A stretch of 64,000 nt of DNA from Bilabrum cf. latius (Eukaryota): assembly GCA_965178125.1 (NCBI GenBank), contig OZ237740.1:186001-250000 (forward strand), given 5' to 3'. Each line of letters starts with the position of its first letter. Positions within the stretch are counted from its first letter, which is position 1. The notes beneath the pieces were generated by a model that did no database searches, was not told where the DNA came from, and was given only the letters and a program-made list of their open reading frames with translations. This document shows positions 1 through 12,418 of this stretch, piece by piece. The position numbers and the translations under genes were made by a program.

Positions 1-201
1 CTGCCACGGTGCGCATTCTGCGGCGGAAGATATTCTGCAGGCCCTTCGACAAGGTGCACCTCAAGAAATACAGATTTTGTGTTTATTATAAGGTGTGGAA
101 TAGCTCGCGACAACGCAACTACGCAACGAAGACCACAAAATATCATATCCCCGAGTCAAGACTCAACCTGCTGCCCCCAACATGCCCTGTCTGTCAGACG
201 T

Positions 202-3200
202 TCAAGTGCCATCGCCAGCTGATCTGAAAGCCCGCCAAAAGAAGCCTCCCTTCACCGCGAAGAGCAGAGAAGTCACGGCAAGAGCAGCAGATGCCAGTAC
301 GGGAGCGCCAGCAATGAACACCCTCTGCTCCCAGAGCAAGCCCTGCGGCACAAGATGCAGCTGGCCGAGCTGCCCGCCGTGCCCGCCCACCCTCCCAAGC
401 GTGCACGCGTCCCACCCGCACGCACCGGCGGTGCAGCCGATGGCAAGGCCCACAGCGACCAGGATGCTCAGATCCTCGAATAGGCGGAACCACAAGGACA
501 GTCTGGCCACGCCGCCCGCCACTTTGACCACCCATTCCCTAGGTCGCACGCACGATGCGTGCAGCCCGCTCCACCCGATCGCCTGTGCTTCCCAGGCCAA
601 GAGCGCGCCCAGCAGCTGGGCCGTCACGCTGCACATGTCTCGGCGGAGGCTGTATAAACTGGCGTGTCCAATGCTACTGGTTGCGATGCTTGGCGGGCTA
701 GGCTGCGCGGGATACGGCAGTCGTGCCTAGTCAGAAACGGGCCGGTTTTCGTCTTCTTGGCCGACCTCACGAACAGTCTGCTGGGCCGTTCGGTGCGACC
801 CCCACGTGCTGCTTGGGCGCAGGACAGTGTGCGGCCCTGCCGCCGTTTTGTAGGCCTGGAGCGTGCTCTTGGGCCGAGTGGAGCTGCCGGTATCACTGAT
901 GGTCTCGCTCTTCATCTTGCCTGTCGTCCTGAGCGAATGCACAGCATTCGCGCCGGTGCTGTTCCCCGAGCGGCCTGTCCCACGCGCAGCAGGGCCCAAA
1001 CCACTGGATGTTTCAAATTCTGTCTCCTGGAACGTAACTCCTTGGCCATGAACGGCAGCAGACGGGGCCTCCGCTCCTTTCTCGAAGCTTGACTGCACCC
1101 GTGAAGCCGTCCCGTCGCTGCTGTCCCCGCGAGAATCGGGAATGGACTCGAAGCGCGGAGTCTCCTTGTTGTCTTGGCGGTCAAACACGGATCCGAAGAG
1201 CATATCGCCAAAGCCAGAGCCGTCGGCACCATCGACCTAACCCGGCAAAGACTGCATAGAAGGCACCTTGATCTGCTCCTGCTCATGGCAATCGGGAGGA
1301 GGCACGTCCACGTCGCCGCTCTCGGGGAACGACTGCATGGAAGGCACTCGAATCAGCTCCTAGTGCTGACCCGGTGCGGATGCTTGTCCATCTGGTGCGT
1401 TCGGTACTTGGGTCCCTGCTGCATCGCATGATTGCTCCTCCTTCTCGCTCACCTCCTCCACGACCCCAAGGCTGCCGCCAAAATCGAAGGTCTGCCCGCC
1501 CAAGCCGCGCGATGACGGACTGCCAGAGTGTGGCAGCCCCGCTGCCGCCCTGCACCACATCTTCTGCACTCCCATTGGACTCACAGTCCCTGAGTGAATG
1601 CTGGATGGGGTGCTCGGCAAGGCCAGAGCCGCCTCCCTCGGCTCCTCCTCGGACCCTTTGGAGGCGCGAGCAAGCCTGGCCAAGTTGTTGCGCGGGGAAC
1701 TCAAGTCAGCGGCGGCGGCAGTGGCAGCTGCCGGTGGATCGAGCGCAGTGCCTGCAAAATGAGACGTACTTTCAGCGGTGTTCTCTGGCAGCGGCTTCGA
1801 CTCTGCCCCGAGGGAGTGGTTTGGGCTGACGTTGCCCCAGTAGCTGGAATCCATGGATGCTGCAGCTAGAAGCACAGAAGCGCCACCGCTGCCACCTGTT
1901 ACCCCCACTGCTGCGCGACCACCTCGACCGGCTCCTAGGCCAATGACAGGGCCTCCTGCGATGCCTTTGGAGCGACTTTCTGCATTTGTGATCCGGCTCG
2001 TGCAAAAGGTGACTAAAGCCATGCGGGCCGCGACTGCACCGACCAGAAAAACGCATGCCACAAGCCCCGCGAGCTCAAGGCGGGATGAAAGCAGCGACAC
2101 TACCAGGGTAAAATACGTTAGCTGCCTAACCATTGCAAAAAAGAATACAGGAACGGGATTGCCGAGACCTTCGCTGCTGGCGGTCATGGCCCTTGTTTCC
2201 TCTTGGGTGCTGCTGGAGGCATGGTGCCACAGGCAGCCGTCGAATGGTCTAGTGGATGCACTGCCTGAAGACTCGCCATCTGCGTCATCCGCACCTGCCG
2301 CAAGCAAGCCGACCGCAAGCTCAGCGTCACCGTTGCCCTTATGCAGCAGAAACAGGCTGCTTGCCACACGGGGCTGCACGCAGAACACCAGAAAGGCACA
2401 AACGCTCGCACATGCACCAATGGCCGCCACGACCGCCCACAGAGAAGGAGATTCGAGAAGGTTCCCCATGCCTCCACCGCATGCTACAGCGTGGGCCCCG
2501 CGTCCACCAGAGAGGCAGGGGAGCTCAATAGTGACATTCACGCTACCAGGCACAACAGCCCCGAGCCATACACCGCCGCCTGACACAGACGGCCCCATTC
2601 TGAGGAGCTGCGCGATCCGCTGTGCGGTCGCGCCGGACGAACGTGCTCTCTACGTGCCCATCGCGGCATGGCGCGAACCGAACCGCATGACGGGCAGTTG
2701 CTTGACACTAACTCGAACGTCCAGCTCCATCATGAGCTTGGGGGGCTCAGTCGCGACCTTGTCCGGAAACGTGCAAGGCTGCTTGTCCTTTTGCACTCCG
2801 TTCTCTTGCGATGCCTCGGCTCGTGCATTGACAATGCTGACGATGAAGTCACGACGGTACCAGTCAAGGCCGGTGTGATTGCCGCTGTCTACGCCAGCCC
2901 ATTCGGCTGTAAAATCTCGCACATCATCTTCGATCTCAGTCTGGGCGTACAGGAGCTGGGCCCTTGTCGGGACCGGATACGACAGCCCGGGCGGGGTCGC
3001 AAACGTAGGATCTACCTAAATCGAGGGCAGCCAATTATTCCTGTCAAACCGCAGGGTAAACTCGACCGATGCAGTGCTGGCAGGCTCCCGCTGGGCCCAC
3101 CGAGCGTCCGTCCTCCAGCTCGACACAGCGGTTGTTGGCGCGTCAGGCAGGCACTCAACTGCTGGAATATCAGGCAAATTGTGGAAGCCCGCATCATTTG

Positions 3201-5577
3201 ACTTGCGGTAGGTTGGTGGAGCTGCGTGCTGCAGCGCCCGCCGGATGGAAGCCTTCTGGAATGGCGCCAGTGCATCGTGCCTCGGGACAACCCGCTCATC
3301 TTGCTGCAGGCCGGGAAATCCGGTCCAGTACGACCACCATACTCGAGAGATTGACGCCGCTAGATACCACCCACTGTGGGCCAGCCGCGCGCTCCGCAAC
3401 GCATCGCCGCTGGATTCGTCCAGCCACTGCTCCACTCCCCTGTCTACCGCAACATACGAAGGGTCATCGCATTCCATGCGGCATGACGGGCGCCGCATGA
3501 ACGCACCTTGTACCGATGTGGTGTTGCAGGACCACCTGCCCCCGGACACGTGAGGCAGCGACACGTTGGTCGGCGGTGGCACAGCGCGATGCATCGCATC
3601 TCCTCGGTACATTGCGATCGGGCCCTACACGGGCGACATGTCCATTGGTAAATACCAGGGTACGCTCGGCGGTGGCACGCAATTGTAGTCGTTGGATGGC
3701 ACCGCTGTTCGCTCGCAGTGGTACTTTGGGTAGACTTCCTAGGATCCTACTGCCACCGTTGGAACTGCCGAACCGTTCCACCTGCCGCGTCGCGCGGGCC
3801 ACAGCTGGGTGCCAATCCCGCCCACCGCTGCTGCCCGGGACTGCGCGGCAGCAGGGTAATCGTAATGGACAAGATCAACGTTCCACTCGGTGGCGTTGAC
3901 CTCGTAGAACGGAGAGCAGCCAACGCGCATGCTTCGCTCCGATGGTGGCAGCTTCATCTGAGCCCGTGCCCAAGCTACCGTGGCATTGACATACGCAGAC
4001 GAATTAAACTGCGCGCCGTCCGGGACTCTGGGCGCACAAGATCGCGTCGCAACGCAGCTTGGATCGTCTAGAAACACTGCCACTCCCTGCACAGGCCACA
4101 GCGGCGTAGGGGCCATGGAAGGCAGCATATTGCAGTTAAGACCGGTTAACCAGTCGACCCCGTCTACTATGATGGCCTCAAACTGGTTGAAGCCGTTCTT
4201 AATCTGAAACACGTGGAATGCATTCAGTCGCCAGGCACCATGCCCCCTCGGTTCCACCAGACGGCTGGGCAGTCTCAGCCCCGGATTGCCGACCGGGACT
4301 TCGGCGACCGTACCAGGTGGGTATACGGTGTAGACGACCTGGTTCCATCTCCTTTGCAGTACACGTTGCGACAAGGCGGGTCCGCCCTGGTTCTGGCCGA
4401 GCAATTGAGAGATTCCAAACGCCAGGTTGCTGCCCTCCTCGTAATCGTTGGCTGGGAAGCTCACCCGAGATTCCCCAGCAGATTCGCCTGCTGCGTCGCG
4501 CATCACTACGGACGTCGCTTCGATGGAAGGATCGATTGAAGCAGTTTGCGTGCCGCCCGAATCGCTTGGCTTAAAGCCGTTCCATAGGATGCCTTGCCTG
4601 CACGTGTCATTTGCGATTATCACTCGGTCCATGGGTGACCGGGCGGGATCAAGATCAGCCCGTCTGCAGACGGTCTGTGGAACGGTAAGCGTTGGCTGCC
4701 TGACCTGTGCGTTCGGTTGAAAGAAAACGTCTACTCCGTGCTTCATGATGGGAGCCTGGAATGTCCCGTACTTTCCCATGTCCAGATACTGCCGGTCCAT
4801 GGGGGCCCACCCCCATTCCCAGGGCGATGACTCGCTTGGTACTTCCCTGTACATGCTGTAGCCGGAACCGAAGAGACCCCCCGAAAGCTGGTTGTCCTAG
4901 CCACTGGGCTGCTGGAACATCCAGTACCACTGCTCTACTGTCCAAGGCTCCACGGATCGCGTGGGGGGATGCAGCGCCGACGGCTCTGCCTCCCGTCCCA
5001 GCCTCAGGCTAGGCGCCTCTTGGGGGCTCAACATGGCCGCGGTGCAACCCGCGTTGCTGGCCATTTGAGCAGGCATTGATACATTTTCCCCGGCAGCTAT
5101 GGCTGGCCCCGCCCTCCAGCTGGCTCTGTGCGTCGGCTGGTACATGGGCAGGGGTTCGACCGGCTGGGGCACGAGCGAGCACGAGCCGCGTAAGGTGCGG
5201 GTCCGAGCCGTGCTTGGAGCAATCATTCGATTGGTGCGGATCTTTGATCCTATTCCGAGCGTGTCGGGCCCATCTGTCAGCACCCATGTGGCTGCGAGGC
5301 AGCGAGCGAACGGGCATCTGCAATTAGCGACTTCGTGTGGGTCGCGCTGGTCAATGCAGTTAACGGCTGAGACCCTATCATTCTTCGACTCACAGTTGCA
5401 TATCGTGGTACTATTTTCATGCGATGCTAGCGGGACAAAAATTTGAGGGCCGCTGTCGAGGATGGCGGCCGACAAGGTTGCAGCCTAACCCAGTGGAATT
5501 CCGCCAATGCCCCTAACTTCGGCGATGGCCACGCAGATAAACTGAAAGGTAGCAAAGCCCAAGACATATTTATTCAT
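202..5577 (-). CDS. Large secreted/membrane protein of unknown function (~1790 aa; signal peptide, long extracellular region, several C-terminal TM segments)
   Basis: ORF-track pieces 4897-5475, 3739-4854, 3016-3612, 2650-2922, 1360-2598, 727-1203 and 202-636 are all in one frame. They are separated only by 9 TAG codons (5485, 4897, 3739, 3625, 3016, 2650, 1360, 1237, 727). ATG at 5577 gives the signal-like MNKYVLGFATFQFICVAIA. Hydrophobic helices occur in the C-terminal third, and the frame ends in TGA. Confidence 0.8.
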
Positions 5578-6022
5578 TATGCGCTGGAAACAATAACAGC
5601 AGCGATTCCCAAGCGAGCGCGTGAAGAAAGCGTTAACTTCAACTCAGTGCCTGTAGCCGCTCCAGCTCGAAGACGGCGGAAGGAGCTGTAGTACTGCGAA
5701 ATATCGCATGAGTTTAGGGGAAATACACGATGTTGTAGCCTAGCATACCCGAGCAGTGAATGTAGTCTTCTTGCTGGACCTAGTTGCTGCTCGAAGTTGC
5801 GAGGCTGCGACCTCAATAGCGCTCGACGGACTCCTTGAAGGCCCTTGCACCTTACGTGTACACTAAGCGAGCTTAATTTTTTGCAATGTAGGCCAGTAGT
5901 ATTCTTGCGCCAATAGATCAAAGTATGGACAGGAGTGCCATGGTCGCAAGATCGGCAAGCCTCGCATCACACGCCCATTCAAGTAACAAGACGGATCCAG
6001 TGTGTCACCAAAATCACAGCGA

Positions 6023-9000
6023 ATGAAAGTGATTGTACAGTATAAATAGGGTAGCTTGCCAGCACGCTTCGTTGTTAGGCCAGCGATCCTGAATTCATAC
6101 AATGACCTCGTGCAAATTGTGCAGCGAGCAGCACCACCCGGCCTGCGGGGCGCCATTTCAACGCCAAGACTATTCTGGACCGATGAAGATGGCGATACAT
6201 GTTCTTTGTGCTGCGATCTTACGCTCCAAGAGGCAATCGCCTCTCGTTCGGAGGGCGAGCCGCTGGTGATGTAGCTACGCGTCGATGCTGCCGAGGGTTC
6301 GTACGCAGCACTCGAACAAGGCCTGGCACGCGGATTAGATGTGTAGCTATGGGTAAATGGTTCCAGTATGGGCATTCGGCCCGCCCCCATTCGTAATAAG
6401 CTGTCAACACTCGTGAGAATCCTAAACTGCAACTGCACTGAAGTTCGAGTTGTTCTGCCCAGCGTCATCTCGTGATCGCGTTTTTTATAGGCCGATTACT
6501 CCACAGATTGAAACCCTTCGCCTCTGTGAGGACACGTTGCGGCCAGAACTCGACGCGCTGACTCGGAAATATCGGGGCCGCCCATTCAGCGTGGAGCTGC
6601 ACTGCTGCAAGTCTAGAATCGAGTCTGATGCGGATCTGCGACGCGCACTCTCGAATAGCATGAAACAGCGTCCCGTGAGCATCCCTGTTTTAGATTTGAT
6701 CGTGCGATGGGAGGACAGCGCCCCTGCCGCCATGTTTGCAGCGCGAGACGCAGACGGGGGTGCTGTGGACATGTCGAGGCTAGCCGAGCACAGGTTCAGG
6801 GACGGGACGAGCGCGCTAGCCCTGCAAGAGGCAGTTGCGACCAATCCCGACGAAAGCAGGTGCCTGGCAGTTGAAGCGAGCACCTCGAAGGGGCAGGCCC
6901 TCGCTGCTGTCGCAAGGGCATCCAAGGCACTGGCCAAGGGTGCATCGCACGATGGCGTTTCTCAATCGGAAACGCATTCGACTACCACCCGCAAGCCCGG
7001 TGACATTTTGATCGCTGGCGTGGATGCCTTCCCCAGCGCCCCTCCTGCAGAGTTGGACCCGAGTGCCTGGGCCTCCATGCACCCGGTGGCCAAGATTTCC
7101 GACGAAGGCGCGCGAAGGTTCTTTGGATTCCCTACGGCTCCGGCAAGGCACATGCAGGGGCAGCAGGGAACAGCGCCTCGCGACGAGTCGTCTGGGAGCA
7201 GAGCGGCGCGTGTCCTGGAGGAGGAGGTGTCAGACGTGGCCGCGTCAGCCACGTCAGCCACGTCAGCGGACAAGCAGTCGGTGCTCGACGCAGTCCAGGG
7301 CTCTGCTGCGGGGGGACACCCCCACCTGGGGGGCGAGGGCGGGGGCGGGCTGGCCGCTGCTTTCCGGTCGCAGCTGCGAGACAGGGTTGCGGCCGGAGGG
7401 GCCAAGAGCGGGTCATCCTCCAATGAGGGCGACTCTGCGGTGCTGCCTGCCGCAGGGGTCATCACCCATGACCCCACTACTGGGGAGGCCCTTCCTTGTC
7501 CCCGTCGGGACGGTGAAATCCCCTCGGTATCCGAGGAGCTGCGTGCTGCCGCCAAGAAGCTGCATGCGTTCCCTCCAGCACCCCCGGGGTCGCACCCCAC
7601 CCCTCCCACCGGCAAGGGGCTGCTTCTCAGGAAGCTCGACTGCGACGTCGTGGTGGCGGGCATCGGTTCCGCAGGGATCGGCGCCGCGCTTCAGGCCGCC
7701 AGAAACGGCTCCAAGGTGGTGGCCATCCACGGCAGGCCCGTGCTCGGGGGCAACGCCTCCTCCGAGGTGAGGCTGGGGATGGCGGGGGCAGACCGGTCGG
7801 GGCACAGGAGCGTGGCGCTGCAGACCGAGGCCAGGGAGAGCGGCATTGTGGACGAGTGCAGGCAGGACCAGAGCGTCGCCAACCCCCAGTACTGCCCCGA
7901 GATGGAGGACCTCATTTTCTTGGACAAATTCAGGGCTGAGCCCAACATGACCCTCTTGCTGAACACCTGGGTCACCGGAGTGGACAAAGCTGCGGCCACC
8001 GTGGACACAGCTGTAGCGGCGAGTGGGCCCGAAGAGGGCAAGATTTCGCGGACCGCTGCCTCTGGCGCTGGCGCTGGCGCTGGCATCGATCCAGCAGGGG
8101 GCGCATCGCCTGGGTCGGGTAATGTCGCTGGGGCTGGGGAGACCACCCCGGGACCTGTCATCACCACCGTGTACGCCACCAACCAAATCACGCAGGAGAC
8201 GTTCGCCGTCACCTGCAAGCTCGTGATCGACTGCACCGGTGACGGCAGGATGGTAGCCGAGGCCGGGGCGGACTGGACCCAGGGGAGAGAGGCATCGTCC
8301 AAGTACGGCGAGTCCAACGCACCCCCCGAGGCAGATACCCTCACAGAGGGGACGTCTCTGGCCTTCCATGCGGTGGACATGGGCAGGCCCATGCCATTCA
8401 AGCTCCCGCCCACCTTCACGCGGCGCTTCCAAAAGGACGATTTCGAGTACAGGCACCTGAGCCGGCTGGACTACGGCTACTGGTGGATCGAGATGTCCTT
8501 CCCGTGGGACTGCGTGAGCGACGGTGAGACCATCCGCAAGCACCTGAGCGAGGCTCTGCTGGGGGTGTGGGACTACATGAAGAACAGCGGGGATTTCGAC
8601 GACCAGGGCATCGAGAACTACGCACTGCAGTGGTTCGGGTGGTACCCCTGCAAAAGAGAGGCCCGCAGGCTCGTGGGCATGCACGTGCAGACGCAGCAGG
8701 AGCAGGCGCCGGTTCCCACGCTGTACCCCGATGCCGTCAGCTACGCAGGGTGGCCACAGGACCTTCACTCCCCGTTCGGGATCGATGACCCCACCCTGCC
8801 TCCCAACCACGACGGCGCGATGCCCTACGTGTACAGCACCCCACTCCGAAGTCTGTGCGCAGGAGCCAAGGTACCCAACCTCATGGCGGCTGGCAGGCTG
8901 GCGTCCTTCTCACACGTGGCATACGGGTCCCAGCGGGTCATGGCGACGTGCCAGGCCATGGGGCAGGGGGCGGGCGCTGCCGCAGCCTACTGTATTCACA

Positions 9001-10025
9001 AGGGCGTGACACCGTACGAGGCTGCCTAGGATCCAGACGCCGTGTGGAGCATCCAGCAGCAGCTTCTGCGAGACGACAAGTTCATCATTGGGGTGTACAA
9101 CGCCGACCCAAGGGACCGAGCGAGGAGAGCCAAGGTGACTGCCAGCAGCCAGCAAGAGGGCAGCGAGGCAAAGCAGATCCAGACGGGACAGACTCGCGCG
9201 CTTGACGGGAAAGCGGGCTGCTACTCGGGCCAGTGCCTGCCTGGTGTGAACCGCTGGAGGAGTGTGTCGCTGCCGGCCGCACTGACCCTGTCTTGGTCGC
9301 AAGAGGAGGCGTTCGAGCTGGGTACCCTGCAGCTGATCTTTGATACCGGTCTGTCCCGGCTGTGCACGTTCAACATAAAGGAAGACGAGCAGTCCTAGCA
9401 GATCTGGGGCAGGCCGCAGCCCGAGGTGCTGCAGGACTACTCGATCGAGGTGCTCCTCTCCGCTGCATCAGGAAGAGGCCTTACAGCATCGGGAGAAAAG
9501 GGAGCAGCCGGAGGGAAAGGAAAAGAGACCGATGGTGCATGGAAGGAGATTATCGCCGTGACTGGCAACTACCAGCGGCGAGTGGTGCACTCGGTGCAGA
9601 TGGCCGAAAGCAAGATCGTGGGACTGCGCATCAACTGCTCAAGGGCGGCGGGCATTGACGAGGCAAGGATCTGCGAGGTGCGTGCGTATGCCGTCGGAGA
9701 GGACGGATTGTTCCCCGAGAAATCCGAGGCGGTCGCGTTCGAGAGGGAGCGGCTGTAGGCGGCGAGGCGGGAGGGGCTGCTCGTCGACGGGCAAGGCGAG
9801 CACGGAGCAGGTGCTTCGTGGGGCGAGCACGCCGACAGCGAGGAGTTTGAGGCGGCTCAGCTGCGGCTGATGCATGCGTCGCTACGCGCCATGGAGAAGG
9901 ATCCCTGGCATGGCCCTGGTCGCTTGCCACCGATCGAGAACAGGCCCAACATTCTGCGGCTCGCCCTGCCGTCGGAGGAGAAGCCCTTCTCTGACGGCTC
10001 CTGGAAGCGGGTGATCGGGTCATGA
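6023..10025 (+). CDS. FAD-dependent oxidoreductase (FAD_oxidored-like) with an N-terminal PB1-like domain and a C-terminal discoidin-like beta-sandwich; probable intron 6353-6443
   Basis: Rossmann motif DVVVAGIGSAGIGAA, plus VLGGNASSE, IDCTGDG, REARRLVG and RVMATCQAMGQGAG. The N-terminus MKVIVQYK...LFWTDEDGD is a PB1 pattern. The frame continues through TAGs at 9027, 9396 and 9756 to TGA at 10023. A GTAAAT...GAAG intron joins the frames in phase. Confidence 0.85.
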
Positions 10026-10150
10026 TAGGTCTAGCCTGCTTTGCGTGTTGCATGTAAAACTGAATCATCGTCTGTGGGGCTGCACCGCCAGAAAACACAG
10101 ACTGTTCCGGTTTTATCCTCTCTCTCTCGAGCGACTTATTTTGAAGAATT

Positions 10151-11929
10151 ATGGCAGCCCATGGCGATGAATTGCAACCAAGAACCGAATGTGTAAATGG
10201 CGTGTGCTTATTATTTCGCCACGGCGCCCGTAGCTTGTCGGGGAATGCAAAGAGAGGGCTCTCCCGTGCTCTGGACGATTTGCTGCCGAGCACCAGAGAA
10301 ATAATCACAACGCAGTGGGATGATGCTGAGCTGGGCAAGCTCAGCACTATTGGCGCATAGTAGATGGAGCAACTGGCCGGATGGGCATGGAATCGACTCC
10401 TTGATGCACGAGCCCGAGGTTTCAGGGGTTCTCTCGGAACAAAGGCTAGCATCACGTGGTGCAGCTCGCCGATGGAGCGAGTCCTCCTGTCGGGCAAATG
10501 TCTACTAGACGTCATTACCAAGGAAGTGCATGCCGGCAGTAGTTTGTCGGCTGCGGCACGGAGCTCTGACGCCCCAAGCCGGGTGGGCTCCGGCACCGAA
10601 TCCTCGTCCGACCTCTTCATTCCTTGGGCAATCGATGAGGAGTACAAGGAATGGGTAGCGGGGGTCAAGCATTCCAAAGCAGTCCTGGACGAAGCAAAGG
10701 CTCGATCCAAGGAAATCGAGAGCCTGGCAGAAGCCCTCGCTGGCATGGCCGGGAAGCCGTGCCCCCCTCTGAGCGAGCAGGACAAGATGCGGCTGCTTTA
10801 CAACAGCACGTACCTGGAAGAGGTCATCCACTGTGAGAGATTCGACCCAGGCACCCTCGCAAGGGCGGCATCCGGTGCGGTGGCGGCTGACGAGGGTACC
10901 GCTGCCGGCAGAGCAGCCCCTCTTGACGACTCGGAGCCGCGCGTCCTGGCCCCGGACCGATCGCTACTGATCCGATCCCTCTCCCCGAAACACATACATT
11001 CCATTCACTCCATGGCCCGCTGGGTCTGGAGGGTACGCTTCTTCCTGAAGCGCGCCCGCCGGCTTGGCCTCAGGCTGCTCCGCGCCATCCTGCTGCGGAT
11101 CCTACCGGTGGACGTTCTGAAAGAGGCGGGTGTAGCTGAAGAGCTCATTCCTCCCGTGCTGTCGGAGGAACGATCCCGTCCCGCTTTGGTCATTTCAAGC
11201 GGTAAGCAGGCGGTAGCTGGATCGCCTGAACAAACAAACCCAGCGACTAGGTCGGAAAAGGAGGCGGCGCCATAGAGCGCAGCAAGCAGAGGTGCAGGTG
11301 CTGATCCTGGGTGCAGCACGCCCTCTTCCTCGCCCTCTCCCTCGCCGTCTAAATCCGACGGTTAGGCAGAGGATGCCAGGTAGCAGCAGGCACGAGCACC
11401 CCGCACGTCTGATGGTGACCTGTTGTTGCTGTCGGGCCACGACTACTCGATCGTGTGCCTGCTGTCCGCGCTGCGGCTGGCCGATTATCCGGAGCGAACG
11501 ATCGGCTTTGGGGCCTACGTTGTCATGGAGTCGCGCCGATCGCCGAGCGGAGAGGTGACGGTATCATGCCTCCTCAACTGCGAGCCCTTTTCCGATGCTG
11601 CGCGGGGGGACGGGACGGCCGTCTCAAGCGAGCACCTGCAGGTCATTTTCGACGACCTGCCCGCCGAGAGTCTCCTGGCGATGTGCATGGATGAGTCTCG
11701 ACTGCCGCCGACCGTAGCAGAGGTGAAACAGAGGGCAGCTGCGGCTTCAAAGGCCGATCCCAAGGGAGCAGGGCCATCACCCAGTAGTAAGCTAGATCTG
11801 AAAGCGCTGGCGACAGGCGGCAGAAGCCTCGGGTTTACAGCTGGGGCTGATGGTGGCAGCAGGGAAAGTGACGATGGTGCAGTGACTCCTGCGGGCGACT
11901 GGGCGGCAGCAGTCGACGGTGAAGGTTGA
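10151..11929 (+). CDS. Histidine phosphatase superfamily protein (acid phosphatase branch)
   Basis: The LFRHGAR catalytic motif is near the N-terminus, followed by the LSTIGA**MEQL segment, with the SGHD motif near the C-terminus. These motifs are joined into one protein only if the 5 TAGs are read through. Ends TGA. Confidence 0.85.
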
Positions 11930-12418
11930 GTTGCGGCTTCCCGGGGCGGCCTACGTTCGCGCGCCAGGCTATTCTGTCATCCTACATAAATCCATATATG
12001 GATCATTTGAAACTGTGCTAGCGGAACGGTGCTTTCATCCCACGGATCCAGGATCCCTGGTATGGATACGCGACGGTATCCGTATGCAATGCCTCTGCAT
12101 GTTTTCATGACCACAATGCAATTATAATCGAGAGCAATCATACGTATCTGCAACTGCCGCTTGTAGCGGTGAGAGATGGTTGGGCGTAAGACACCACAAC
12201 TGCCGGACGGTGCTGCAAAATGGGCACCAAGTACGGCAGGGGGCTCTCTCGCTCCGTGCAACCTCAATTGTTGGCACTGCCAACTGATTTCAGGACCGAG
12301 CGACACCTGCTCCAGTTGAGAGCGTCTGGCACAGCTCTCGCCGGCCGCACCAGCCCGTGCTGGCTCGGAAGCTGGCTGGCGCACCATACCCCGCCAGCAA
12401 GAATTCCCATGCCCCTCC

